Origin: Methanocaldococcus jannaschii DSM 2661
Lineage (GTDB): Archaea; AGJL01; Methanococci; Methanococcales; Methanocaldococcaceae
Length of the DNA stretch: 24,662 nucleotides
NCBI RefSeq assembly: GCF_000091665.1
Contig: NC_000909.1
Coordinates: 706,049-730,710, forward strand
Reading direction: 5' to 3'
Made by a program: the position numbers and the translations under genes. Below, piece after piece: positions 15,730 to 24,099 of this stretch (positions are counted from its first letter, which is position 1; each line of letters opens with the position of its first letter). The notes beneath the pieces were generated by a model. The model made no database searches. It had not been told where the DNA came from and saw only the letters and a list, made by a program, of their open reading frames with translations.

Positions 15730-16734
15730 ATGGCGATTAAAATGGACAAAAACTTCACATTAGAAATTTTAAACTTATTGAAAAATAATGTTTTAAAAAA
15801 TAGGTTAAAGATTGGGAAAGAACTTACAGAAATGCTTATTGATGAGATTGATAAGCTAATAGAAACTGCTAATGAAATTTCAGAAGAAATATCAAAAAAT
15901 AGTCCAAATAATTCGAGTTTGTATGATTTAAGGTTGATATATAATAAGTTATCAACTCTTTATGAAGATATTGATAAATTATTGGGTGAAATAGAGTGTA
16001 TTTTAAGTTTAAGCAATAAAGATATTAAAAACTGGAAACTTTGGAAAAACCTTGGAGATAAAGCATATCTATGGAAAGCTTATTATGAAGCATTATTTTG
16101 TTACAACAAAGCATTAGAGTTAAATCAAAATACAGAACTTCTATGTAAAAAGGGCTATGCTTTATTAAAACTATATAAAAGAGATTTAGCAATAAAATAT
16201 TTTGAAAAGGCATCGGAAAAAGATAGAAATAACTATAAAGCACTTTTTGGATTGGGAAAGAGCTATTATTTAATGAGTGATAATAAAAATTCAATAAAAT
16301 ACTTTGAAAAAGTTTTAGAATTAAATCCAAATGATGTAGAAGCATTGGAATATTTGGGAGAGTTATATTATGAAGAAGATTGTGAAAAAGCGATAAACTA
16401 CTTTAAAAAAGCTTTAGAATTAAAACCAGATGATATTGATTTAATTTTAAAAGTTGCCTTTACATACTTCAAATTGAAGAAATATAAACATGCACTAAAA
16501 TATTTTGAGAAAGCTTTAAAATTAAATCCAAATGTGTTTGAATTAGAACAGATTTATGAATCTATGGGAAGAATATACATTTATTTAGGAGAAGATGAGA
16601 AAGCAATAGAATGTTTTGAAAAATTAAAGGAAATAAACCTTTATCATTATGAAATATATGAAATTATTGCTTTAACTTATGAAGAGGTTGGAAATATTGA
16701 AAAAGCTAAAGAATTTTATAAAAAGTTGGTGTGA
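15730..16734 (+). CDS. TPR-repeat protein with an N-terminal coiled-coil region
   Basis: At least 6 TPR-like units (e.g. AYYEALFCYNKALELNQN, SIKYFEKVLELNPNDVEAL, AINYFKKALELKPDD, ALKYFEKALKLNPN). The stop overlaps the next gene (GTGA). Confidence 0.8.
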   Translation: MAIKMDKNFTLEILNLLKNNVLKNRLKIGKELTEMLIDEIDKLIETANEISEEISKNSPNNSSLYDLRLIYNKLSTLYEDIDKLLGEIECILSLSNKDIKNWKLWKNLGDKAYLWKAYYEALFCYNKALELNQNTELLCKKGYALLKLYKRDLAIKYFEKASEKDRNNYKALFGLGKSYYLMSDNKNSIKYFEKVLELNPNDVEALEYLGELYYEEDCEKAINYFKKALELKPDDIDLILKVAFTYFKLKKYKHALKYFEKALKLNPNVFELEQIYESMGRIYIYLGEDEKAIECFEKLKEINLYHYEIYEIIALTYEEVGNIEKAKEFYKKLV

Positions 16735-16736
16735 AA

Positions 16737-17621
16737 ATGGAAAATTTTGAATACGAGCTAAAAATGGCTATAGAGCATATATTAGAAACAAACTATCCAA
16801 GAAAGGCATTTTGGCACTTTGATGATTTAATTGATGATTTAAAAAGTGGAATTAAAGCTGGAGATGATGCAGTAGTTATAAAAAACATGGTTATTAATAT
16901 GGAAGGGCCCTATCCTTTAAAATTAGGGGCTAAAACAGCTTTAATTCACACTGCCTGTGATGTTGTAGCAATGGGGGCAGAGCCAAAATTTGCATTAAAT
17001 GCCATTCAAGCAAAAAATGAAGATGAGATAAAGTTGGCTGTTGATGGTTTAAGAAAACAAAGTATAGGACTAAATATTCCAATAATTGGGGGAAATACAC
17101 AAACGGTTGAAGAATTGAAATCCTGTATTTCAGTAGCTGTTTTTGGGGAGTTGATTGATGAAAATTTGATAATAAAAGATGGAGGAGCTAAAGATGGAGA
17201 TTTACTAATTATGCTTGGAGACCCAGTAGAGGGAGATGTTGGAGAGAGAATTTATAAAGCAAAGAAAAAATTTGACACATACTTAGAAATCTTAGAGAAT
17301 GGGATAAAAATAAACGCATGTAAGGATGCATCAAGGGGAGGATGGTTAGGGAATTTATTGGAAATGTTAATTAAGGCAAAAAAAGGAGCTGAGATAAAGT
17401 CCCTTCCATATCCAAGGGCTACAAGATATTTAGGGACTTATATAATAGCAGTTCCAGAGGAAGAATATGAAAAAGTAGTAGATATTGCTTTAAAAAATAA
17501 ATGCCCTGTAGTATTGTTTGGTAGAATATTAGAAAAACCAAAGCTGATTATAGGCACAAAGGAATATATATCTGAAAATAAAATGTTAGAATTAATAAAA
17601 AAATTTCCATATAAATATTAG
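16737..17621 (+). CDS. PurM/AIR-synthase-related ATP-binding protein (methanogenesis marker 2-like)
   Basis: The GDDAVVI motif and Gly-rich segments are typical of the PurM/HypE/ThiL/SelD superfamily. ATG 16737 follows GGTG; the ORF track starts at GTG 16731. The marker-2 label comes from recollection of the TIGRFAM family description. Confidence 0.6.
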   Translation: MENFEYELKMAIEHILETNYPRKAFWHFDDLIDDLKSGIKAGDDAVVIKNMVINMEGPYPLKLGAKTALIHTACDVVAMGAEPKFALNAIQAKNEDEIKLAVDGLRKQSIGLNIPIIGGNTQTVEELKSCISVAVFGELIDENLIIKDGGAKDGDLLIMLGDPVEGDVGERIYKAKKKFDTYLEILENGIKINACKDASRGGWLGNLLEMLIKAKKGAEIKSLPYPRATRYLGTYIIAVPEEEYEKVVDIALKNKCPVVLFGRILEKPKLIIGTKEYISENKMLELIKKFPYKY

Positions 17622-17724
17622 AGTTGAAGATATTTATAAATAAACCAAGAATCAGATAACAATATATTTTGATGAAACTAAGAAAAGTTTCATTACTATA
17701 TAAATATTAAATTGGGTGAAGTTA

Positions 17725-18963
17725 ATGGTAAAGATTGCATTATTAACATGTGGTGCTGAATGGAGCGGAGTTTATCACGAAATTGAAAAAGCGGCACAAA
17801 AAGTTGGTGGAGAACTCATTTTTCCAGAGGTTGATTTATCATATATTGATGAAGTTGAGGATAGATTAGGGTTTAAAGTTGGCTCAGCAAACTTAAAATT
17901 GATGTTTGCAAGGGCAATGTCAATTATTGAAGGAAATACAGACGCTGAGGCAGTGTTTATAGCTACATGTTTTAGATGTGCTGAAGGAGCTTTGGTAAGA
18001 AATGAAGTTAGAAAGCTTATACAACAAAACACAAATCTGCCAGTAGTTATGTATTCATTCACAGAGAGAACAAAAGCATCTGAGTTATTAACAAGAATGG
18101 AGGCATTAACCACAATTGTTGAAAGAAAATCTTTATTGGCAAGAAAAAAGCAGGAGGGAATAAGCTTAGGTATTGACAGCGGTTCTACAACAACAAAGGC
18201 AGTTGTTATGATAGATGATGAAGTTGCTGGAACTGGATGGATATATACAAAGGATGTTATTGAATCTGCTAAAGAAGCAGTTAATAATGCTTTAAAAGAA
18301 GCTGGCATATCATTAGACCAAGTTGAAACCATTGGAACTACTGGGTATGGTAGATATACAGTTGGAGAATACTTTAAAGCTGATTTAATCCAAGAGGAGC
18401 TAACAGTCAATTCAAAAGGAGCAGCATATTTAGCTGATAAGCAAGAAGGAGAAGCAACAGTTATAGATATTGGGGGGATGGACAACAAAGCTATATCTCT
18501 ATACGATGCCATTCCAGATGGATTTACAATGGGAGGAATCTGTGCTGGGGCAAGTGGTAGGTTCTTTGAGATTACTGCAAGGAGATTGGGGGTTTCTTTA
18601 CAAGAGCTTGGAGAATTGGCAGCTAAGGGAGATTGGAGAAAGATAAAGATGAACAGCTACTGTATAGTCTTTGGTATTCAGGATTTAGTTACTGCATTAG
18701 CTGAAGGAGCTAAGGCTGAAGATGTTGCTGCAGCAGCAGCTCACTCAGTAGCTGAACAAGTGTTTGAGCAACAATTACAAGAGGTTGATGTTAGAGACCC
18801 AGTTATATTGGTTGGAGGAAGTAGTTTGTTGAAAGGTTTAGTTATAGCTATGGAAGAAGTTTTAGGAAGAAAGATTATTGTCCCAAGATACTCCCAGTTA
18901 ATTGGAGCTGTTGGAGCAGCTTTATTATCATCTGGATATAGATACAAGAAGATGAAGGCATAA
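17725..18963 (+). CDS. BcrA/BadF/BadG-type (ASKHA) ATPase with an N-terminal extra domain of about 150 aa (methanogenesis marker 15-like; 2-hydroxyacyl-CoA-dehydratase-activator-like)
   Basis: The ASKHA motifs [32 protein letters not shown] and VGGSS are present. The N-terminal domain is Cys-containing ([17 protein letters not shown]). ATG 17725 is preceded by GGGTGA (17714-17719). Confidence 0.7.
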   Translation: MVKIALLTCGAEWSGVYHEIEKAAQKVGGELIFPEVDLSYIDEVEDRLGFKVGSANLKLMFARAMSIIEGNTDAEAVFIATCFRCAEGALVRNEVRKLIQQNTNLPVVMYSFTERTKASELLTRMEALTTIVERKSLLARKKQEGISLGIDSGSTTTKAVVMIDDEVAGTGWIYTKDVIESAKEAVNNALKEAGISLDQVETIGTTGYGRYTVGEYFKADLIQEELTVNSKGAAYLADKQEGEATVIDIGGMDNKAISLYDAIPDGFTMGGICAGASGRFFEITARRLGVSLQELGELAAKGDWRKIKMNSYCIVFGIQDLVTALAEGAKAEDVAAAAAHSVAEQVFEQQLQEVDVRDPVILVGGSSLLKGLVIAMEEVLGRKIIVPRYSQLIGAVGAALLSSGYRYKKMKA

Positions 18964-18987
18964 TTTTTTTAAATTTTTGGTGGAATT

Positions 18988-20127
18988 ATGAAATTTTTTG
19001 ATAGAGAGAGGGAGATTAATGAAATTCTCCATATTTTAAATAGAGAGCCAGATGATATTTATTTTATCTATGGCCCTTTAAATAGTGGTAAAACTGCCTT
19101 AATAAAACACATCATTGAAAACAAACTAAGTGATGATTATAAGGTTTTTTATATTAATTTTAGGACTTATTTAATTTCAGAAAAGAGGGAATTTATTGAA
19201 GCTATCTTTACCACTAAAAAAGATGATTTCTTTGAGAAGATTAAGGATAAGGATGAGGTTTTGAATCTAATAACCAAGGGTGTTAGGATTTTAACTGGAA
19301 TTCCAATACCAGAGGTAGAGTTTGATAAACTATTTGAGGAGAAGATAAACGATGCCTTCCAATACTTAAACAGCTTATTGTTAGAGGTTAAAAAGAGTGG
19401 GAAAAAGCCAATATTAATTTTTGATGAACTTCAGATGATTAAAGATGTTGTATTGAACACTGAAAATCAAAGATTTTCAGCGTTTCCTTCGCTTCGCTTC
19501 GGAAATGGGCAGAAGTATTTATTAAAAGAGTTGTTTCAGTTTTTAGTCTCTCTAACTAAAGAACAACATCTATGCCATGTTTTTTGTCTAAGTTCAGATA
19601 GCTTATTTATTGAATACGTTTATAGCACTGGAGAGTTAGAGGGAAGGGCAAAATATCTATTAGTGGATGATTTTGACAAGGAAACTGCCTTAAAGTTTAT
19701 GGATTTCTTAGCAGTGGAGAATAATATTAACCTAACTAACGAAGATAAAGAGCTTATCTATAGCTATGTTGGTGGAAAGCCAAAAGACATAAAATACGTT
19801 GTTGAAGAAAGCAAATTTAAGGATTTAAGAGAGATTTTAGAGTTTATGCTAAAAGATGCAGTTCAAAAATTGGACATGTTTTTGGACATGCTGAATTATT
19901 CAAAACCAAAGGTAGATGTTGGTGATGAAGTTATAGAGATTAAAAAAGATAATGTTATTGAAGCTTTAAAGTTATTTAAGGATGAGTATGAGGTTAGTAA
20001 AAAACATATCCCGGTGCCAGTTTATACTTATCTGATTAAAAGGAATATCTTATTTTTAAATCCCATTGAAGGGATTTTAAAACCTCAAAGTTATTTAGTT
20101 TGGAATGCTATAAAAAGGTTATTATGA
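18988..20127 (+). CDS. Archaeal P-loop ATPase (Arch_ATPase/PF01637-like with a C-terminal helical/wHTH-like region)
   Basis: [11 protein letters not shown]...[12 protein letters not shown] gives Walker A and ILIFDELQ gives Walker B. It belongs to the large paralogous 'uncharacterised ATP-binding protein' family of M. jannaschii, as I recall. GGTGGA SD. Confidence 0.75.
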   Translation: MKFFDREREINEILHILNREPDDIYFIYGPLNSGKTALIKHIIENKLSDDYKVFYINFRTYLISEKREFIEAIFTTKKDDFFEKIKDKDEVLNLITKGVRILTGIPIPEVEFDKLFEEKINDAFQYLNSLLLEVKKSGKKPILIFDELQMIKDVVLNTENQRFSAFPSLRFGNGQKYLLKELFQFLVSLTKEQHLCHVFCLSSDSLFIEYVYSTGELEGRAKYLLVDDFDKETALKFMDFLAVENNINLTNEDKELIYSYVGGKPKDIKYVVEESKFKDLREILEFMLKDAVQKLDMFLDMLNYSKPKVDVGDEVIEIKKDNVIEALKLFKDEYEVSKKHIPVPVYTYLIKRNILFLNPIEGILKPQSYLVWNAIKRLL

Positions 20128-20284
20128 TTAAAAATTGGACATTAATTGGGGCTGAAAGCCCCCAACTTATAACCAATTATCAAAGTTTTTAAATTAATAT
20201 GGCACTTATAGAACCCTTTGGGCTTCTAAATGTTCCTTAATAGATGATTTAGCTTTGATAATTGGTTAATGGACGGGAGGTATA

Positions 20285-20308
20285 CCAATAGGAGGTTTCC
20301 TCCTATGG
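20285..20308 (+). promoter_or_regulatory. GC-rich hairpin CCA(A)TAGGAGG-TTT-CCTCCTATGG in the leader of the 20349 gene
   Basis: 10-bp stem with one bulged A. The upstream GGGAGG (20275-20280) could pair alternatively with CCTCC(T) (20299-20304). Confidence 0.4.
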
Positions 20309-20348
20309 TTGCGAATGCTATAAAGAGAGTGTTATAATTGGTGATAAC

Positions 20349-20915
20349 ATGGCTGAAATAGTTGTCCATTGTGAAGATAAAGCCGGGAAGGAGATTTATA
20401 CAAAGGTCATACAAACAGCGTTGGAAGATTTGCTTTTAGGAAAATCAATAATTAGGGTTGAATTTATTGCTAAAGAGAAAGAACCTTATTTTATATTAGG
20501 GGTTTTACCAAAACATACAAGAAGAGCTATTAAGTTGAGAGATTTTGCTGAAATTGTAGAGCAAAAAAAAGAAGGTGGTAAAATAATATACAAGCTAAAA
20601 ATCACTGATGAGACATATCTCCCACATCTGTTAAAAAAGATACACGTCATAGACCAGCCATCAAGGTTTGAGGTTGTTACAGATTCAGATATTGATTTAG
20701 ATATGGAAGTTTATGATGCAGGTAAGGATTTCATAGATAAGGTTATGGATTTTATGGGTAGGGTGTTTCCAGAGGGTATGAGGATTAAAAATACCTATAT
20801 AGACAAAGCCATTGTTTGTATTGCTTCAGAAAGACCATTGAAGGATGAGGAGATAGAAGAGGCATTAAAATTAAAGGATAAGTTAGAGAAGATGAATACT
20901 GCTGGTTATTATTAA
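20349..20915 (+). CDS. Conserved cytosolic protein, possibly methanogenesis marker protein 17
   Basis: 188 aa, soluble, GGTGAT SD. The marker-17 suggestion rests on its size (about 190 aa) and its position next to the marker-15-like ATPase, not on a recognised motif. Confidence 0.4.
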   Translation: MAEIVVHCEDKAGKEIYTKVIQTALEDLLLGKSIIRVEFIAKEKEPYFILGVLPKHTRRAIKLRDFAEIVEQKKEGGKIIYKLKITDETYLPHLLKKIHVIDQPSRFEVVTDSDIDLDMEVYDAGKDFIDKVMDFMGRVFPEGMRIKNTYIDKAIVCIASERPLKDEEIEEALKLKDKLEKMNTAGYY

Positions 20916-20934
20916 GCACTGATAAGGGGAGTTT

Positions 20935-21453
20935 ATGAACTCCTATGGAGTAATTCTTATATCGTACGTTGGGTTAATCAAGCTTGCATTAGCTGGGATT
21001 TTGTGTTATGGGATTTATTTAGCAATAAAATCAGAAAAGAATTTAATAAAAGATGCTTTATTTGTCTATAAGGATAACAACTTTAACGTATTTGGGAAAA
21101 AATATGCTTTAATGATTTTTTTAGCTTTTGGGTTTCCTATATTTTTTATTGGAAGTTTTCTGTATTTATTCTGGGAAAAACTGCCAGAAGGTTTTAGATT
21201 TTCTTTAACATTTGCCATAACATTTTTCGTTTTGTTTATCTTTGGTTTGTTGTTTGTAAAATACAAAATCCGTGTTTGCAAGAATGGGATATATGTAGGA
21301 TTTAGATTTATAACATGGAAAGGTTTTGAAGGTTATAAGATAGAAAATAACAAAATCATACTCATTGGGAAGAAAGGAGTTACTTATCCAGTGCATTTAA
21401 AATATAGCAAAGAACTTGAGGATATAATAAAGAACTATTTAAAAAAGATTTAG
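20935..21453 (+). CDS. Membrane protein with a C-terminal PH-like domain, paralog 3 of 3
   Basis: About 4 TM helices. The C-terminus VCKNGIYVGFRFITWKGFEGYKIENNKIILIGKKG aligns with the C-termini of the ORFs at 3382 and 12958. Confidence 0.6.
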   Translation: MNSYGVILISYVGLIKLALAGILCYGIYLAIKSEKNLIKDALFVYKDNNFNVFGKKYALMIFLAFGFPIFFIGSFLYLFWEKLPEGFRFSLTFAITFFVLFIFGLLFVKYKIRVCKNGIYVGFRFITWKGFEGYKIENNKIILIGKKGVTYPVHLKYSKELEDIIKNYLKKI

Positions 21454-21480
21454 ATTGATAAAAACTAAAATGGGATTTGC

Positions 21481-22341
21481 ATGATAGTTTTAAGAAATGA
21501 GATTTGCGATAAATTGGAAAATATAGCTAAGATTTTAAAATTTGTTAGACATTGCATTGGCTGTGAAGGCATAAACTTAGAGATAGAAAATCCTCAACAT
21601 CATCCCTCAATAGAATTAACACAAAAATGCAATTTGAACTGTATATATTGCTACTCAAGGCTAAAAACTGTAAAAAGAGGAATTTATGGAAACTTAGAAG
21701 AGGCTGAGACAGTTACTATATCCCAATATGGAGAGCCGTTGTTGGATTTAGAAGGTGTTAAAAAAGCTATAGAGTTTTGTAAAGATTTGGGGCTTAGAGT
21801 TGATTTACAGACAAATGGAACTTTGTTAAATGAAGAGATTATTAAAGAGCTTAAAGATTTGGGATTAGACTTAATAATGATTAGTTTGAGCTCTTTTAGT
21901 AGAGAGAAGTATAAACTATTAACTGGAAAAGATTATTTTAATAGAGTTTTAAATAATATAAAAATTGCCTCAAAGTATTTACACACAATTGTTAGGTCTA
22001 TTTATATTCCAGGATTTAATGATAATGAGCTTTTAAATTTAGCTAAAGAACTCAACAACTACGCTGATGAGATTATGGTTCATCAACTCATCTCATACAA
22101 AGAGAATGAAAATCTCTTAAAAAATGCTGGAATAGATTTGAATAACTTGGGAAGAATTAGAGATTTACTGCTAATAGTTGATGAGATGCAAAAAAACGCT
22201 CCTAAAATTAATGTTACCATTAAAGGATGCCTATTGGTTCAATTAAAGGAAATGGATGGTTTTATATTAAACAATATAACCTATGATGTATTCTCGGAAG
22301 TTCCAGATATTAAAAGAGAACATAGGCCTTTACCATGGTGA
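21481..22341 (+). CDS. Radical SAM enzyme of unknown function
   Basis: Canonical CNLNCIYCY (CX3CX2C) motif. An extra N-terminal HCIGCEG Cys pair. TIM-barrel-like alternating pattern with GEPLL and a Gly-rich SAM-binding region. Confidence 0.8.
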   Translation: MIVLRNEICDKLENIAKILKFVRHCIGCEGINLEIENPQHHPSIELTQKCNLNCIYCYSRLKTVKRGIYGNLEEAETVTISQYGEPLLDLEGVKKAIEFCKDLGLRVDLQTNGTLLNEEIIKELKDLGLDLIMISLSSFSREKYKLLTGKDYFNRVLNNIKIASKYLHTIVRSIYIPGFNDNELLNLAKELNNYADEIMVHQLISYKENENLLKNAGIDLNNLGRIRDLLLIVDEMQKNAPKINVTIKGCLLVQLKEMDGFILNNITYDVFSEVPDIKREHRPLPW

Positions 22342-22345
22342 TTTT

Positions 22346-22948
22346 ATGGATTTTGAAGTTTATGATACTGAATATATGTCTATAATCTTTGTTAAGGATA
22401 GATTAGACTACACTGGAAAAGAGATAGAACCATTATGGGCATTTAAAACCTTTGACATTCAAAAAGATAGCATAGTTGTTTTTAGAGGTAGAATGGAAGT
22501 TACTACAGAGAATATGAAGGATTTAAAAGATATTAAGAGAGAGAAAGATATTAAAACCCCAATAAAATCAGAGGATGCCATAAATTTTGTTGTAGAGCAT
22601 TTTGATGTCATTGATTTAAAGACAATATATTTAAGGCAGAGATTACTGGTTTTTATAGCTAAGGAAGTGATTGAGAGCTATAATATAAAGCTAAAAAGAG
22701 ATGGGGATGATTTATACTTTGAGGACAAAAAATTATCTGTTTGTATTGCATGTAAAGGAACTGTTTCCGCAAAAATTCATTTGGGGATAAATGTCAAATC
22801 AAAAGGGGCTGAGCATGTTAAAATTATTGGATTGGAAGATTTAGGAATAAAAGATATAGATAAAGTTATGAGAGAAATAGCTATTAATTATGCCAAGGAG
22901 ATAGACAAGATTGAGAGAGATTTGAGAAAGACATTGCCGTTAATTTAA
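22346..22948 (+). CDS. Uncharacterised protein translationally coupled to the radical SAM gene (possibly DUF366-like)
   Basis: ATG 22346 lies 4 nt after the radical SAM stop, and the SD GGTGA sits within the end of the upstream gene. The ORF-track start at 22283 would overlap by 59 nt. The DUF366 label is recollection of a small archaeal family that neighbours radical SAM genes. Confidence 0.5.
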   Translation: MDFEVYDTEYMSIIFVKDRLDYTGKEIEPLWAFKTFDIQKDSIVVFRGRMEVTTENMKDLKDIKREKDIKTPIKSEDAINFVVEHFDVIDLKTIYLRQRLLVFIAKEVIESYNIKLKRDGDDLYFEDKKLSVCIACKGTVSAKIHLGINVKSKGAEHVKIIGLEDLGIKDIDKVMREIAINYAKEIDKIERDLRKTLPLI

Positions 22949-23964
22949 TATTCTGAAATCTCTGCTTTACTTAACTTTTCAAATCCATTCTTTTTAACTA
23001 AATATAAATCTTCTATTCTCACACCAAACTTGTCTTTTAAATATAAGCCCGGCTCAATGGTTACAACCATGCCCTCTTTTAAAATAATATCCTCATCATC
23101 TTTCAATTTGTTTGATAGCCTTGGCTCTTCATGAACCTCCAATCCAACGCCATGCCCCAAAGAGTGAATAAATAGCTCTTTATAATCATTGAAGAACTCT
23201 CTAACTATGTTATCAATTTGTTTAGCTGAAATTCCTTCCTTTAAATGCTCTTCAGCAACTTTTTTTGCTTCATAGACTAAGTTATAAATTTTTTTCATCT
23301 CTTCATCGTCTTTTAATAAAAACGTCCTTGTTATGTCTGAACAGTAGCCCTCATAAACTGCTCCAATATCAACTAATAAAATATCTGCAATCTTATCTTT
23401 TGTAGGTAAAGCGTGAGGGAATGAAGTTTTTTTACCAGAAACAACGATAGAATCAAATGCCGGCTTTATTGAACCATGTTTTTTCATAATATATTCAATC
23501 TCAGCAACCAACTCATACTCTGTTAGATTTTTAACTTCATCTAAATTATTTAAAACCCAATTTATAGCTTTATCACTAATCTCAGCAGCTTTTTTAATTA
23601 GTTTTATCTCCTCTTTATCTTTAATCATCCTCATCTCTTTGATTTTGTCAGAGATTATCTTATACTCTTTATCAATGTATTTTAAATAACCAATTGATAA
23701 TTCTTTTTCAACTCCATCGCATCCTTTAAATATCTCTTCCCAGCTTTTAAACTCTCTAATCTCTAAAAAATTAAAATGCTCTTCAGCATAATCTTTGTCA
23801 AGCTTTCCAACGTATAAATATGGCTGTTCTTCAAAAACTAAAACAGAAAAGCTCATAAAGTATTTACCTAAGAAGTAGTTTATATTCTCTTTCTTTAAAA
23901 TCACAGCCTTTTTTATACCTTCACTTTCCATATACTTTAAAAACCTCTCTATCCTATTGTTCAT
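22945..23964 (-). CDS. pepQ: M24B Xaa-Pro dipeptidase/aminopeptidase
   Basis: The metal-ligand motifs DIGAVYEGYCSDITRTF, HSLGHGVGLEVHEEP, VVTIEPGLY and RIEDL are present. The ORF is open to TTG 23988, but ATG 23964 is preceded by GGTGAT on the minus strand, so 23964 is preferred. Confidence 0.9.
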   Translation of the reverse strand: MNNRIERFLKYMESEGIKKAVILKKENINYFLGKYFMSFSVLVFEEQPYLYVGKLDKDYAEEHFNFLEIREFKSWEEIFKGCDGVEKELSIGYLKYIDKEYKIISDKIKEMRMIKDKEEIKLIKKAAEISDKAINWVLNNLDEVKNLTEYELVAEIEYIMKKHGSIKPAFDSIVVSGKKTSFPHALPTKDKIADILLVDIGAVYEGYCSDITRTFLLKDDEEMKKIYNLVYEAKKVAEEHLKEGISAKQIDNIVREFFNDYKELFIHSLGHGVGLEVHEEPRLSNKLKDDEDIILKEGMVVTIEPGLYLKDKFGVRIEDLYLVKKNGFEKLSKAEISEY

Positions 23965-24015
23965 AATATCACCAATAGTTTTTTGCAAAACATTTGAAGT
24001 ACATAAGGAACTTAT

Positions 24016-24041
24016 GAACGCCTTCCTTTGGGAAGGCGTTC
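24016..24041. other. Perfect 11-bp GC-rich hairpin GAACGCCTTCC-TTTG-GGAAGGCGTTC in the divergent pepQ / 24100 intergenic region
   Basis: Read directly. Followed on the plus strand by AATTTTT. The inner stem CTTCC/GGAAG and the TT-starting tetraloop resemble the hairpin at 24628-24653. Confidence 0.5.
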
Positions 24042-24099
24042 AATTTTTCATTATGAATTTTAATAACTTTTGCAAAAAACTAAATTAAGGTTGATATTT

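Noticed and set aside
17775-18512. 245-aa ORF on the minus strand
   Set aside because: It lies entirely antisense to the BcrA/BadF-type ATPase gene, whose motifs are unambiguous. The antisense translation is Ser/Thr/Ala/Ile-rich low-complexity sequence with no start context. The open frame is a by-product of the GC-richer, stop-poor codon usage of the sense gene.
20146-20165. Hairpin after the ATPase stop, considered as an intrinsic terminator
   Set aside because: The stem is imperfect (one extra C) and is not followed by a T-run. Archaeal termination depends mainly on oligo-T. It is kept only as part of the structured-spacer observation.
20226-20414. 62-aa minus-strand ORF across the 20128-20348 spacer
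   Set aside because: It overlaps the start of the plus-strand 188-aa gene and the structured spacer. It has no SD or conserved-looking features. The spacer is better explained as leader or regulatory RNA.
3432-21396. Remaining short antisense or shadow ORFs in the track (3432-3638, 5233-5472, 6289-6480, 6623-6823, 15505-15699, 16025-16345, 18741-18947, 21066-21281, 21205-21396)
   Set aside because: Each lies fully inside a longer, better-supported gene on the opposite strand. All lack SD motifs and give low-complexity translations.
22945-22948. Convergent genes sharing TTAA, so that both stop codons overlap
   Set aside because: This is a real but trivial consequence of compact genome packing. 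No hairpin or regulatory feature is associated with it.
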